Below, piece by piece: positions 36,705 through 46,655 of a DNA stretch of 64,000 nt (position 1 is its first letter; every line of letters begins with the position of its first letter). The translations under genes and the position numbers were made by a program. The notes below the pieces were generated by a model. That model did no database searches, had not been told where the DNA came from, and worked only from the letters and a program-made list of their open reading frames with translations. The stretch covers positions 18,779-82,778 of the forward strand of contig CAWGUE010000017.1 of assembly GCA_963825595.1 (NCBI GenBank), read 5' to 3'. This stretch comes from an uncultured delta proteobacterium (GTDB taxonomy: Bacteria; Desulfobacterota; Desulfobacteria; Desulfobacterales; SG8-13).

Positions 36705-37889
36705 CTACCGCAGCCGGGACCGCCCGCCGGGATTCGGATCTGCAAACTGTTCAAGATACCGGGCCGTGTGGACGGCGCCGTTAAGATCGATCGCATGGGA
36801 TGTCGGCTCGGGGCCCTTGATCCGGTCGCTGATAAGGACCGCCAGTCGCTCGGGCTGTAAATCTTTTTCCATAAGAACGGTCACCGCGCCGATGGACGCC
36901 AGGCGGTCCGCCCGCAACCCCTGCTCCCTGTCTCCGGGGTAAGGCCAGACAAGGGCCGGAACATGGGTGGCCAGAAGATTCATGCTCGTATTGTATCCAC
37001 CCATGCTGATCGACAGGTCGGCGGCTGCCAGCAGAGGTAGAAAATCGGGAGTGAAGCGCGCGACTTTTATATGGCGGCCCGCCCGCTCCTGCAGCAGCGC
37101 GAACTCATCATCGGGCATGTAGGGACCTGTAAAAACGTACAGCACGGCAGGCCGATCGGCATTCAAATTCGGGAAACATTCCAACAGCGGTTCCAGGAGC
37201 ACGATCCCCGCCTGCCCGCCTCCGGCGCTGGCGACGATAAGGACCTCATCCTCCCCAATACCAAGACCGGATCGGATGCGACCGCGGACACCGACCGGCG
37301 GCTTCGGCGTAATGAATCCCGTATATACCACCGGTATCGCAATGTCGCCAAGGCGGGTAAAGGTGCGGTCAAGCCCGATCAGTTGCGGATCGGCGTGAAC
37401 CAGTAATATGTCGAACCACCGGTTAAGACAATCGACGACTCTTTTTTCGTACGCTACGGGATCCTTCTTCTCAACCAGTATATCCCGGAGGCTGCACGCC
37501 ACCCTGCTCCGATGGAGTCGGCCGCTTCGTATACCATCCAATACCGGGTCAAGTTCGAACCCGAAGGCTTTGCGACCGAAAGGGTAGAGCTCGACTGCAA
37601 AGACATCCGGGGCCTCTGTCTCGAACAGTTCAAAGAGAAGTTCCCGTCGCTCCGCTTTGACGGCTTCCAGGGTTCGGCCCTTGTCGGTGGGGAAAAGTCC
37701 GCTGTAATTGCGATCCGTCATCATGCCCGGCAGACGCAGGACCCGCACATGGGCCGGCAGCGGTGTGTCGATCTCGGCCCCACCGGTGACCATGATAATG
37801 TCGTGCGCCGCCAACGCCTTGCAGATCTCGAGGCTTCTGAAGACGTGACCGACCCCCCAGATGTGCTGGCAATAGTAAATGATCTTCAT
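36705..37889 (-). CDS. GT-B glycosyltransferase (MurG/UGT-like, GxGHxxR type)
   Basis: 394 aa. N-terminal YYCQHIWGVGHVFRSLEI. C-terminal SMGGYNT. Paralog of 41798..43084. Confidence 0.75.
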   Translation of the reverse strand: MKIIYYCQHIWGVGHVFRSLEICKALAAHDIIMVTGGAEIDTPLPAHVRVLRLPGMMTDRNYSGLFPTDKGRTLEAVKAERRELLFELFETEAPDVFAVELYPFGRKAFGFELDPVLDGIRSGRLHRSRVACSLRDILVEKKDPVAYEKRVVDCLNRWFDILLVHADPQLIGLDRTFTRLGDIAIPVVYTGFITPKPPVGVRGRIRSGLGIGEDEVLIVASAGGGQAGIVLLEPLLECFPNLNADRPAVLYVFTGPYMPDDEFALLQERAGRHIKVARFTPDFLPLLAAADLSISMGGYNTSMNLLATHVPALVWPYPGDREQGLRADRLASIGAVTVLMEKDLQPERLAVLISDRIKGPEPTSHAIDLNGAVHTARYLEQFADPNPGGRSRLR

Positions 37890-37984
37890 GGTATCCTGCT
37901 TGTCGCGCGAGGAAAATATACTGTCCCGATGACCCCGACGCGAAGTATATACTGGATGTCAGAAGGTTATCCCGAATGGCGCTT

Positions 37985-38160
37985 TTATAAAATCCCCCAG
38001 TTCCCCCTTTGTCAAAGGGGGAACTGGTAAAGGCCCGCAGTATTCATAATACGGCTTGCGACAATAAGGGATGTCGGTGTGTCGGCATTCCCCCCTTCAA
38101 AAGGGGGGCATCTTCTAATGTCGGACCCACACGCCAATCGGAACATATTTATGACAACAG
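37985..38160 (+). repeat. R1 GC-palindrome element, full copy
   Basis: 31-nt perfect palindrome CCAGTTCCCCCTTTG-T-CAAAGGGGGAACTGG at 37997-38027. Second hairpin CCCCCCTT-CAA-AAGGGGGG around 38090-38109. 3' tag CGGAACATATTTATGACAAC. Confidence 0.8.
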
Positions 38161-38211
38161 CTAGAATCGCCCGTATATTTCATGAGTCTCACCCGCCGTT
38201 GTGCAAGCCAT

Positions 38212-38862
38212 TTATGACATATTCGGGTTGAGGGCCTGGGCATTGATTTCTTCTATCGCGATCCGGCCGTGCCTGGCAATCAGCAAATGAAGGTGTGCGG
38301 GCTTCAGCAGGCGGGCCTCGGTCGGGAGAAATCGCCGCAGCAGCAGACGATACACCAGGCACTTTATGACGCCCTCATGGGTGACAATGAGGATCGATTC
38401 ACCCGGCCATTTGGCGGCCGCCGATTCGAGTGCCCGCCGGCCTCTTTCCCAAACGCTGTTCCGGTCTTCTCCGCCGGTGGGATGAAACCGCCAACCGCGT
38501 CGCGTCTGCTCGGCCAGGTGTTCAGATTTCTCTTGGGTAAGCTGTGCCAGAGTTAAGCCTGACCATTGCCCCCAGTCCTGCTCTCTCAACCCGGCCTCCT
38601 GAACCAGGGGGACCTTGACCATCTTGTTGATAATGGCCGCGGTTGTCTGCGCCCGTCCGAGATCGCTGCAAATGCAGCGGTCCCAGTGATACTTTCGGAG
38701 AATACGTCCCCAGGTCTCAGCCTGCTTTTTCCCGTGGTCCGTCAGGGCGGAGTCGAGCTGGCCCTGGATTCGTTTTTCTTTATTCCAGACGGTCTGGGCA
38801 TGTCGAATGAGCCCGAAACGCGTTTGCTTGTCTGAATCTAGCCCGTTGGAAAAGTTCTTCAT
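38212..38862 (-). CDS. histidine phosphatase family protein (phosphoglycerate-mutase-like)
   Basis: RFGLIRHAQT (RHG motif) and VTHEGV. The ATG at 38862 overlaps the upstream stop (ATGA), suggesting translational coupling. Confidence 0.8.
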   Translation of the reverse strand: MKNFSNGLDSDKQTRFGLIRHAQTVWNKEKRIQGQLDSALTDHGKKQAETWGRILRKYHWDRCICSDLGRAQTTAAIINKMVKVPLVQEAGLREQDWGQWSGLTLAQLTQEKSEHLAEQTRRGWRFHPTGGEDRNSVWERGRRALESAAAKWPGESILIVTHEGVIKCLVYRLLLRRFLPTEARLLKPAHLHLLIARHGRIAIEEINAQALNPNMS

Positions 38863-39971
38863 TTTCTTATTGCCATCTCTTTCAAAACGTCTTCCACAGC
38901 GGTGTAGTTTTTTGCCAGATCCCGCTCCCGCCGGATATAATCCTCGGCCGCGCACCCCATTTCCAATCGGCGGCCGGGGTTCAGCATCAGTTCTTCTACA
39001 GCCCGCTCAAAGGGGGCCGCCGCATTGAGGGGCGTCAGCACACCGGTCTTGCCGTTGACGACAACCTCCGGCACACCGGCATTGGCAAACGCCACGACCG
39101 GGAGACGGCAGGATTGGGCTTCGAGAAACACCATTCCCAGAGATTCTCCGATCCCCGGAAAAACAAACAGGTCGGCGGCGCTGTAGTAACGGAACATCTC
39201 TGCCCGCGGAATTTTTCCCACGAAGCGAACCTTCCCGGGGATATGGATCTCCGCCAGACGCTTGAGCGCACCCATTTCCTCGCCGTCTCCGACGACAACC
39301 AGCATCAGTTCATGGCCGCGCCGCAAAAGGCTTCCGCAGGCACGGATGACCCAAGCCACACCTTGCGCCTTGACACCGGGACGGAGCATGGCTGCCGTCA
39401 AGAGGATTGGAATACCCTCGATCTGCCACTGTGATCGCAGTCCGGCACGGCCGTCAGAATCGAAACGGAACTCTGCCGGATGAATACCGGGCGCGGCATA
39501 GGACACCCGCTCCAGTGGCAGCAACCGCTTCAGATTGACAAAATCGACCCGTTTGTTGACGAAGACATGCCGCGCCGCCTGCAGTGATCTTCTGTTGAGG
39601 AAAAATCCCGCCAACGTCCGGATGTCACGCCGATACTTGGTTGCATATGCACCCTGAAAGATGGCGTATGGGATTCCTTTTCGGGCGGCAACAGACGGCC
39701 CCAGCAGATCCGGGCCTTTGTAGTAGGCGTGGTAGGTCAACCAGAGATCGTAACCGCCGGGGGGCAGGCGCCGAAGAAGCCGCCGGCGTTCGGCCAACAG
39801 GTGGGGCAGCATCCAGGGTTTCCAGAATATCCAGCGGGCCCGTAGCGTGCTGGCCACCTGCAGTCGGTGGCCTTTGGCCTCGAGGTACTCATACAGGCCG
39901 GTGCCGATGACCAGATCGCCGGAGGGATGACGGTGCCCCAGCGGTTTGAAAGGGGCATAGAAAAGAATGTT
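38859..39971 (-). CDS. GT4-family glycosyltransferase; no canonical start codon before the conserved N-terminus
   Basis: C-terminal EAQSCRLPVVAFANAGVPEVV motif. The conserved N-terminus ILFYAPFKPLGHRHPSGDLVIGTGL is in frame upstream of the tracked GTG (39857). Only ATT codons lie between it and the in-frame TAA at 40014-40016, which is inside the heptad array. Confidence 0.65.
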   Translation of the reverse strand, partial: NILFYAPFKPLGHRHPSGDLVIGTGLYEYLEAKGHRLQVASTLRARWIFWKPWMLPHLLAERRRLLRRLPPGGYDLWLTYHAYYKGPDLLGPSVAARKGIPYAIFQGAYATKYRRDIRTLAGFFLNRRSLQAARHVFVNKRVDFVNLKRLLPLERVSYAAPGIHPAEFRFDSDGRAGLRSQWQIEGIPILLTAAMLRPGVKAQGVAWVIRACGSLLRRGHELMLVVVGDGEEMGALKRLAEIHIPGKVRFVGKIPRAEMFRYYSAADLFVFPGIGESLGMVFLEAQSCRLPVVAFANAGVPEVVVNGKTGVLTPLNAAAPFERAVEELMLNPGRRLEMGCAAEDYIRRERDLAKNYTAVEDVLKEMAIRK

Positions 39972-40047
39972 TAATGTTTGGTGTGTGGTGTTTGGTGTTT
40001 GATGAATTGGTGTTTAGTGTTTGGTGTTTGGTGTTTGGTTTTGATCG
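39967..40047. repeat. heptanucleotide array, GTGTTTG type (about 11 units, one phase slip)
   Basis: ATGTTTA ATGTTTG GTGTGTG GTGTTTG GTGTTTG ... GGTGTTT x3. Left member of an inverted pair. Confidence 0.9.
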
Positions 40048-40184
40048 GTTTGATCTCATGGATTTAAAATGGGCATTTCCGCCAGATAAAAATGTTTTAA
40101 GGGATCTTTTGGGTTATGTTGAAAGATTATCGATCCTTAACCGCTAAAGCGGTAATTCCCTTCAATACTCTCATTTGCTTTTGA

Positions 40185-40217
40185 CCATACACCAAACACA
40201 AAATACTAAACACCACC
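40185..40217. repeat. heptanucleotide array, CAAACAC orientation (about 4 units)
   Basis: CCATACACCAAACACAAAATACTAAACACCACC. Right member of the pair; it overlaps the stop of the 40206..41471 gene. Confidence 0.8.
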
Positions 40218-41471
40218 TTCTCCCAACTCCGGTACTTCCCGCCGATATATCTCTGCCAAACGGTGGATGTGGTCATGATTGTAAAAGTCCTGCAGAACCC
40301 GTTGCCGGGCTTTTCTGACAATCTTTTTCCGCAAAGCGTCCTCGGTCAAGAGGTGCACAATCGCCGCGGCCAGTTTTTCAGGTTCCCCCGGCGGCACCAG
40401 CAAACCGGTTTCGCCATCCTGCACCAGCTCGGGGATGGCTGAAACCGTTGTGGCAACCACCGGCACGCCCATGGCCATGCTTTCCAGCAAAACGTTGGGA
40501 ATGCCGTCCCGGTCGCCGTTGGCGGCCACCTCGCACCCCAGAACGAACACGTCGGCCTGGCGATAAAATTCGAGAACCGCCTGATGCGTCTGGGTGCCGT
40601 GCCAGCTTGCCACACCTTTGAGGCCGAGACTGTCGATGAGCGTCAGAATCTTATCCCGATCCTCGCCGTCACCTACCAGCGAGTGCCGCACGGCATAGCC
40701 GTTGTCGATGAGCCACTTGACAGCCTGGTAGACGGTCGTAAGCCCTTTTTTGGCGGTCATGCGGGCAACGGTCAGAAGTTTAAAGGGTGGATCCGGCGCT
40801 CGAGTGCCGGCAGGCGGCGAAAAAAGGCCGGTGTCGATGCCGTGATACACCCGGTGGATGGGGGCACTGTCACCGTCGGCAAGGGCCATGAGGTGCCGGC
40901 GATTGTACGCGGTGCAGGTCACGACGAACTTCGCCAATTTCAGCTTTTCTCGCAGCTGTTCCTGGTCCGACGTGTATATATCCTTGGCATGGGCGGTAAA
41001 ACTGAACTTCAAACCGCTGAGCTGGGAGGAAAACATGGCCACCGAGGCGGGAGAATGGGCAAAATGCGCGTGCAGATGGCAGACCCCCGTGCCGGGCAAC
41101 AGACGCTGCACAAGATAACCGGCCTGGAGAAAATGTTTGAACGTCGCCGGTCGGTGGGTTCTGCGGAAGCGCCTCAGGGCCGTCTTGAGTGTCTCCAGAT
41201 ATCTGCGCGGTATTTTCAGGGCCAGCAGCAGGTTGTGATAAAGAAACCGGGGCAGGGGCACCAGAAGCGTTTCCGGCAGATAGTCCACCCGGGCCTGGAT
41301 CTGTTCGATATTTTGGTGGGTAAAATCTTCCCTGGGGGCCCGCATCGAAAAAATATGCACGCTAAAACCCAGGCGTTCAAGGAGTAAAATTTCGTTGGAA
41401 ATAAACGATTCCGATATGCGGGGATACCCTTTCAGAATCATCCCCAGTACCGGAGAATTCCTTATCACCAC
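40206..41471 (-). CDS. GT4-family glycosyltransferase (WcaL-like)
   Basis: 421 aa. GIPNVLLESMAMGVPVVATTVSAIPELV motif. AAGAGGA RBS before the GTG at 41471; the alternative ATG is at 41441. Confidence 0.8.
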   Translation of the reverse strand: MVIRNSPVLGMILKGYPRISESFISNEILLLERLGFSVHIFSMRAPREDFTHQNIEQIQARVDYLPETLLVPLPRFLYHNLLLALKIPRRYLETLKTALRRFRRTHRPATFKHFLQAGYLVQRLLPGTGVCHLHAHFAHSPASVAMFSSQLSGLKFSFTAHAKDIYTSDQEQLREKLKLAKFVVTCTAYNRRHLMALADGDSAPIHRVYHGIDTGLFSPPAGTRAPDPPFKLLTVARMTAKKGLTTVYQAVKWLIDNGYAVRHSLVGDGEDRDKILTLIDSLGLKGVASWHGTQTHQAVLEFYRQADVFVLGCEVAANGDRDGIPNVLLESMAMGVPVVATTVSAIPELVQDGETGLLVPPGEPEKLAAAIVHLLTEDALRKKIVRKARQRVLQDFYNHDHIHRLAEIYRREVPELGEGGV

Positions 41472-41504
41472 AGTCGAAATCCTCTTATCGCCCTGCCGGA
41501 TGAA

Positions 41505-41578
41505 GCCGGTTAATAAATATGGTTATGATTTGGACACTCAATAGTACCATCCACTTTTCGCGGGGGGACGCTACCTTA
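41505..41578 (+). repeat. R2 element, 3' partial copy
   Basis: GGTTATGATTTGGACACTCAATAGTACCATCCACTTTTCGCGGGG aligns with 36570-36613. Confidence 0.6.
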
Positions 41579-41690
41579 AGCCTTTACCAGTTCCCCTTTT
41601 GACAAAGGGGGACAGGCGGATTTAAACAAGAAACAAATCGGAATAAATTTCTGACATTCGCTATAATGCATCGGTTCGTACTGGGAATCC
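41579..41690 (-). repeat. R1 element, inverted orientation, partial
   Basis: CCTTTACCAGTTCCCCTTTTGACAAAGGGGGACAGG is the reverse complement of the 37989-38032 type. AATTTCTGACATTCGCTATAATG matches 51405-51427. Confidence 0.65.
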
Positions 41691-41797
41691 CGGATGTTGA
41701 AATTAAAAAAGGGGCTTGAGTCACCCCTCATCGACGTCCATACCAATTGTAAGTTTTCTATCGCCCCCTGATCGGCATATTTCATGAAATTTTCGGG

Positions 41798-43084
41798 TTA
41801 AATCACCTTGCGCATATACGCGGCCGGCACGACTTCCTTGAGCCGCTTGTTCGATTCCGTTTTAACGGCCGACCCGCACGTATTGAGCGGCTCCAAACCT
41901 CTGAACACCTTCAAGCGCCCCTGCATGGCGCTGATGCCTTTCATCTGGAATTGGGAGATGGCCTGCTGGTATGGCGCAGGATTATCCAGCAGGGAGAAAA
42001 CCTTTGCGCGCATTTGCTCGGCTGAGCATCGGTGCCACGGAATATACTCCACAAGGTTGTTGCGATGAAATATTTTGGCACGGATCAATTGTTCCTTGCG
42101 CGGCGTTTCCCGGGGCAGAATCAGGGATACCGTCCCCAGGGAAAGCAGCTCACAGATGGTGTTGTAGCCGCCCATGCTGACAGCCACATCGGCGGCCGCC
42201 AGGAGCTTTTCCATGTTGCGGTAAAAATGATAGGTTCTTAGCCCGAGCTTACGCGCGCGTTTGAACACTTTTTTACGGTCCTGCTTCGGCATGAACGGCC
42301 CAGTAATCAAAACCGATTTAAAAGGTACCGGGCGGGGTTCATTTTCGAGCATGGATAGGTAGGCATCCATCAGGACATACCCGTCCCCGCCGCCGCCGGC
42401 GGTCACGACGATCAACTTTCCGCCGTTTGGCAGGCCCTGCTCCTTGCGCGCCTTCAGAATCTGGCTCTCCGATGGTACCTTGCGGGGGATATAGCCGGTG
42501 TAGACAATTTTGCGACTGACGCTTTCCGGCATGGCGTATTCTTGGACAGGATCGTAAAATTCCCGGTTTCCGTAGACCCATATTTCGCTGTAGAGTTTGT
42601 CCAGAATGTCGTAGATGCCCTTTTTGTTCCAGTCCCGCCGGACGGTTTGGCGATCGTCCATGATGTCGCGCAGGCCGAGAATGGTCTGGGTATTGGGCTG
42701 GCAGCGCCGCAACCACTGCAGGGTCGGCAAAACCTCTTTTTTCAGCCCCAAAGGCTCCTTGTCGACAATGAAAAGATGCGGTTGAAACGTCTTGGCTGTG
42801 GCCGTGATGATGTTTTTACGAATATCCAGGGCGTGCTTGGCATTGATCTTGATCGAAAGCGGCAGGTATTCCTCGTTGGTTTTTTTGATCATCCCCGGAA
42901 TGCGCACGAAATCGATCTGCTCCGGAAAGGAGAACCGGCCCACAATCGGTGACCCGGTCAGAATGAGGATGTTGATGTTGGCGTCCCGCAACTGCGTGGC
43001 TATGGCCAGCGTACGACGGATATGGCCGAGGCCGTAAGTGTCGTGGGAATACATCAATATATTGTATGTGGAGTTTCGGGGCAT
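41798..43084 (-). CDS. GT-B glycosyltransferase (MurG/UGT-like, GxGHxxR type), paralog 2
   Basis: 428 aa. MYSHDTYGLGHIRRTLAIA, VTAGGGGDG, SMGGYNT. Confidence 0.75.
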   Translation of the reverse strand: MPRNSTYNILMYSHDTYGLGHIRRTLAIATQLRDANINILILTGSPIVGRFSFPEQIDFVRIPGMIKKTNEEYLPLSIKINAKHALDIRKNIITATAKTFQPHLFIVDKEPLGLKKEVLPTLQWLRRCQPNTQTILGLRDIMDDRQTVRRDWNKKGIYDILDKLYSEIWVYGNREFYDPVQEYAMPESVSRKIVYTGYIPRKVPSESQILKARKEQGLPNGGKLIVVTAGGGGDGYVLMDAYLSMLENEPRPVPFKSVLITGPFMPKQDRKKVFKRARKLGLRTYHFYRNMEKLLAAADVAVSMGGYNTICELLSLGTVSLILPRETPRKEQLIRAKIFHRNNLVEYIPWHRCSAEQMRAKVFSLLDNPAPYQQAISQFQMKGISAMQGRLKVFRGLEPLNTCGSAVKTESNKRLKEVVPAAYMRKVI

Positions 43085-43579
43085 TAACAGCTGCGAATTT
43101 TATTGATTGTTTTGCCGTCGCACCTGGTCATGCAGGTGTGCCAGATATCGCTACGACACCGCTTCATCGCGTGTGTCGGGTGGTCGAATGGTATTGTATT
43201 AGTCGTTCTGTATCGTACCCAGAGCGGATCGTAAACCCCGAAATATTGAAAATCAAGAAGTTATTAGTATCAAACTCAAGATAAAAAAACAATACGCCTC
43301 GAAATTTTGCCGTCGGGAGATTACCGATTGTGGTTCCGGCCGGCTTAGGAATGGATGTAGCGTGTTCCCGCAAGTCATACCATAATGCCGGGGATTTTCG
43401 GTCTCAACTCCTGCCGCTGCCAACCTAAAGTCCAGGACCGTCCGCCGCAATATTATTCTTGCCAGCCCGGTAGTGTCCACCACGGTTCTTGGCAGTTGAA
43501 CGTGGTTTGTGGCCCAAGGGACCGCCGGTCCCGGCATCCTAAACTCTCAGCAACTACCATTGCTTTATTGTGTTAGAGG

Positions 43580-43607
43580 TTGACAATCGCACAAAAAATT
43601 GTAAAAT
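43580..43607 (+). promoter_or_regulatory. sigma70-type promoter TTGACA-16 nt-TAAAAT
   Basis: Hexamers at 43580-43585 and 43602-43607, about 30 nt upstream of the ATPase gene. Confidence 0.5.
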
Positions 43608-43637
43608 GAATATCAAAAATTCAATTTGCAAAACCTT

Positions 43638-44834
43638 ATGCTGAAAAGAACACTCGCAGATAAGATAAGAAAAGCTTCCCAACGGTATCCGGTGGTCACA
43701 CTAACCGGACCGCGCCAGTCCGGTAAAACGACACTGGTTAAGATGACGTTTCCAGATTACGATTATCTGTCTTTGGAAGAGCCGGATCATCGTGCCTTTG
43801 CTCTGGAAGACCCGCGTGGATTTTTGTCTCAGTTCACGGAAAAGGTCATACTCGATGAAATCCAGCGGGCTCCGGATTTATTTTCATATATTCAGACGAT
43901 TGTTGATACAAAAGATATTAATGGTCAGTTTATCCTCACTGGGTCTCAAAATTTCTTGCTCCTGCAGAAAGTTAGTCAGTCCTTGGCCGGACGATGCGCC
44001 GTATTACACCTCTTACCCTTTTCGTTAAGTGAGCTGATACAACGCCAACCGCTGTCTATTCAAGCCATCGGTCGACAACTCCCGAGCAAAAATCGTTCTT
44101 TGAATGAGATGCTATCATCCGTATTGTTCAAAGGCTTCTACCCACGAGTCCATCATAAGAACCTCAATCCCGTCGAATGGCTGGGCAACTATTATAAAAC
44201 CTATATTGAAAGAGATGTTCGAGATGTTTTAAATGTTGGTGATCTGGATACATTCAGCCGTTTTGTTCGCCTATGTGCCGGCCGAAACGGTCAGCTTTTG
44301 AATCTTTCGTCCCTGGCAAACGACTGCGGGGTTACCCACACGACATCAAAGCGTTGGATTTCTATATTGGAAAGCAGTTTTATCGTATTCCTACTACGGC
44401 CGCATTTTAAAAATTTTAGCAAGAGACTGATTAAAAGCCCTAAATTGTATTTTCTGGATACCGGGTTGCTCAGTTATCTGTTGAGAATTCGCTCTGAGAA
44501 TGACCTACGATATCACGCGCTGTTCGGCAGCATTTTTGAAAGTTACGTTATCTGTGAGCTTCTTAAAAACTATATGAATCGCGGTGAGGAGCATGCGATT
44601 TACTTCTGGCGGGATTCGACTGGCAATGAAGTTGACGTGCTCATTGATGAAGGAGATACACTGACGCCAATTGAAATTAAGGCCGGTCAAACGGTTTCGG
44701 CAGACTTTTTTAAAGGGATTCGTTTCTGGAAAAAACTCTCCAGCGGATCTGAACAACAGGCGGCACTGGTGTACGGTGGAGAGCGAACCTTTATCCGATC
44801 CGATACTTACGTGTATCCTTGGTCCGTATTTTGA
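43638..44834 (+). CDS. AAA-type ATPase with DUF4143-like C-terminal domain
   Basis: Walker A GPRQSGKTT, ILDEIQ Walker B. Architecture typical of the AAA_14 plus DUF4143 family. ATG at 43638. Confidence 0.75.
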   Translation: MLKRTLADKIRKASQRYPVVTLTGPRQSGKTTLVKMTFPDYDYLSLEEPDHRAFALEDPRGFLSQFTEKVILDEIQRAPDLFSYIQTIVDTKDINGQFILTGSQNFLLLQKVSQSLAGRCAVLHLLPFSLSELIQRQPLSIQAIGRQLPSKNRSLNEMLSSVLFKGFYPRVHHKNLNPVEWLGNYYKTYIERDVRDVLNVGDLDTFSRFVRLCAGRNGQLLNLSSLANDCGVTHTTSKRWISILESSFIVFLLRPHFKNFSKRLIKSPKLYFLDTGLLSYLLRIRSENDLRYHALFGSIFESYVICELLKNYMNRGEEHAIYFWRDSTGNEVDVLIDEGDTLTPIEIKAGQTVSADFFKGIRFWKKLSSGSEQQAALVYGGERTFIRSDTYVYPWSVF

Positions 44835-44958
44835 AGAAAATCGTCTAAAATAATCAAAATCAAATCAATGAATTGACGGGAAGAATTCCCCGGAACCAGA
44901 ACAGAGGGGATAAGCGGCAGCGAACGCGGGCCCCGCCCGCAGGCGGAATCGGAATGTA

Positions 44959-46557
44959 TTAGGCCGCTCCTTCCTGACGTTCGAAAGAACCGGGCTTTTC
45001 GACCTCGATTCCCGCCGGTGACACCAGTACGTCCAGACCCGTCCGCCGCCAGGTGGCCCGCGCCTGTTCGACGGTGTCGACAAGCGGTTCCTGGCAGTTA
45101 AATGAGGTGTTGAGCAGCATGGGACAGCCGGTCTTGGACTGCCAGGCTTTCAGCAATTTATAGATGAAAGGGTCGTCACCCTCGCCCACAACCTGGGGCC
45201 GGCTGGTGCCGTCCACGTGGGTGACGGCCGGCACCTCGGCGGCATCGAGGTCGATGACATAGGACATATATTTGCTGGGAACGCCGCACGCACCAAGCAC
45301 CATGGGGGCAAACGGTCGGTACCATTCGCGGTGCTTGACATGCCGGTTGAGCCGATCTTTCCCGTCGGGGATCCGCGGATCGAGAAGGATGGTGCGGTGC
45401 CCGAGGGCACGGGGCCCGGACTCTGCGCGTCCGTAGCAGAGACCGACACTTTTACCCTGCTCCAAGAAATGAATGATGTCCGGAATGTATTTTTCGGAAA
45501 GCGATCCGGCATCTGTCCCCAGGTATGGCGGCCACGCGCCGGCCGTTCGCGGCCGGTCGAGCACGTGATGCCAGACAAAAAGCGCCTGCCCCAGGCTCAA
45601 CCCGCCGTCATGCGGCTGGGCCGGAACCCAGGTGTCTTCGAACAGGCCGCTGTGGTGGATGGCGGTGTTGGCGATGCAATTCATCGAGCATCCGCCGGTC
45701 ATGACCAGGCGGTTGACCGGCCGCGGCCAGGTTTTAATACGCGCAGCCGCGGTCAGATACAGATCGGTGGTGAGCTGTTGCAGGGAGGCACACAAATCCT
45801 TGGCAAAGGCGCTGTGCGGATCGAGGGCCGCATCGTCGGTGACATCGAATCTGTTGAGCGGCAGGGGTTTGTAGTGACGGTGAAGCATCTGATCTTTCAG
45901 CATGGCGATCAGGTCCGTCCGCGGCGCGCCGTAACTGGCAAGGCCCATGAGTTTGCCGGCACCCTCCAGTCGCTTCATGCCGAAATGATGCTCCCCGGTG
46001 GAGGCCCAGACCGAACCGATGTTGAGCTGCCGATCTGCGCCTTCGTAGCCCCAGCCGTATTCGATGTGGTGAATGCGGTTGCCGCTCCCGTCAGCCAGGG
46101 CGCACATGCGAAAGTCGCCGCCGCCATCGGCGCTCAGGATACCGGTTGCATCGAAGGGGGATGTGAACAGAGCGCCGGCAATATGCGCCAGGTGATGATC
46201 CACGGCAAAACCGTCATACCAGCGTCCGAACATACGGATGCGGTGGCGGCTGTAGCGGCCCTCGACCGGGCCGGACCAGCCGGTTTGGCGGTAGGTATCG
46301 TACTTCTCATAAGTGTCGCCTTCCATTTGCCATTGAAACCTCAGCCGGTCAGCCCGCACGATGTAGGGGTTGATAACCACCAGGTCGATCGAGTCCGGAT
46401 TCCATCCGTAGGTCTCGAGAAGTGCTTCCAGGTCCATGGGACCATGGGCATGTTTTTGCCGGGTGAGGCGTTCTTTTTCGATCACCGCTACCGGCTGGCC
46501 GTCTTCCAGCAGCGTGCAGTTGGCGTCATGGGCGAAGTATAAAGACAATATCTTCAT
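44959..46557 (-). CDS. NodU/CmcH-family carbamoyltransferase
   Basis: MKILSLYFAHDANCTLLEDG...AVDHHLAHIAGA...LVMTGGCSMNCIAN...LLNTSFN. AAGAGGA RBS before the ATG at 46557. The tracked extension to 46689 reads through the heptad array. Confidence 0.85.
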   Translation of the reverse strand: MKILSLYFAHDANCTLLEDGQPVAVIEKERLTRQKHAHGPMDLEALLETYGWNPDSIDLVVINPYIVRADRLRFQWQMEGDTYEKYDTYRQTGWSGPVEGRYSRHRIRMFGRWYDGFAVDHHLAHIAGALFTSPFDATGILSADGGGDFRMCALADGSGNRIHHIEYGWGYEGADRQLNIGSVWASTGEHHFGMKRLEGAGKLMGLASYGAPRTDLIAMLKDQMLHRHYKPLPLNRFDVTDDAALDPHSAFAKDLCASLQQLTTDLYLTAAARIKTWPRPVNRLVMTGGCSMNCIANTAIHHSGLFEDTWVPAQPHDGGLSLGQALFVWHHVLDRPRTAGAWPPYLGTDAGSLSEKYIPDIIHFLEQGKSVGLCYGRAESGPRALGHRTILLDPRIPDGKDRLNRHVKHREWYRPFAPMVLGACGVPSKYMSYVIDLDAAEVPAVTHVDGTSRPQVVGEGDDPFIYKLLKAWQSKTGCPMLLNTSFNCQEPLVDTVEQARATWRRTGLDVLVSPAGIEVEKPGSFERQEGAA

Positions 46558-46606
46558 TCGTATCCTCTTAGAAGCATCTCGAAGTCTGTTTCGGGTTTCA
46601 ATAGTC

Positions 46607-46655
46607 GATTTTGATTTTTGTGTTTGGTGTTTGGTGTTTTGTGTTTTGTGTTTAG
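46607..46655. repeat. heptanucleotide array, GTGTTTG type, 7 units
   Basis: GATTTTG ATTTTTG TGTTTGG x2 TGTTTTG x2 TGTTTAG. Left member of an inverted pair. Confidence 0.9.

Noticed and set aside
36333-36796. Small ORFs inside the R2 copy upstream of the envelope operon (36333..36566-, 36433..36615-, 36454..36690+, 36563..36796-)
   Set aside because: They overlap each other in several frames across repeat sequence, and equivalent ORFs are not preserved in other R2 copies.
39967-40047. Heptad arrays (also 27408-27477, 46607-46906, 61064-61161, 62238-62737) considered as CRISPR arrays
   Set aside because: The repeat unit is 7 nt and strictly tandem, with no spacers. No cas genes are in the window. 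These are simple-sequence arrays, not CRISPR.
45217-46542. Long antisense or overlapping ORFs from the track. Examples: 145..747+, 563..955+, 2232..2816-, 6357..7046-, 12313..13158+, 17644..18297-, 20569..21360-, 32390..33157+, 45217..46542+, 49723..50601-, 56499..57188+, 59709..60365-, 61293..62243+
   Set aside because: Each lies opposite or out of frame to a gene with clear family motifs. They have Arg/Gly/Pro-rich composition typical of shadow ORFs in GC-rich DNA and no RBS.
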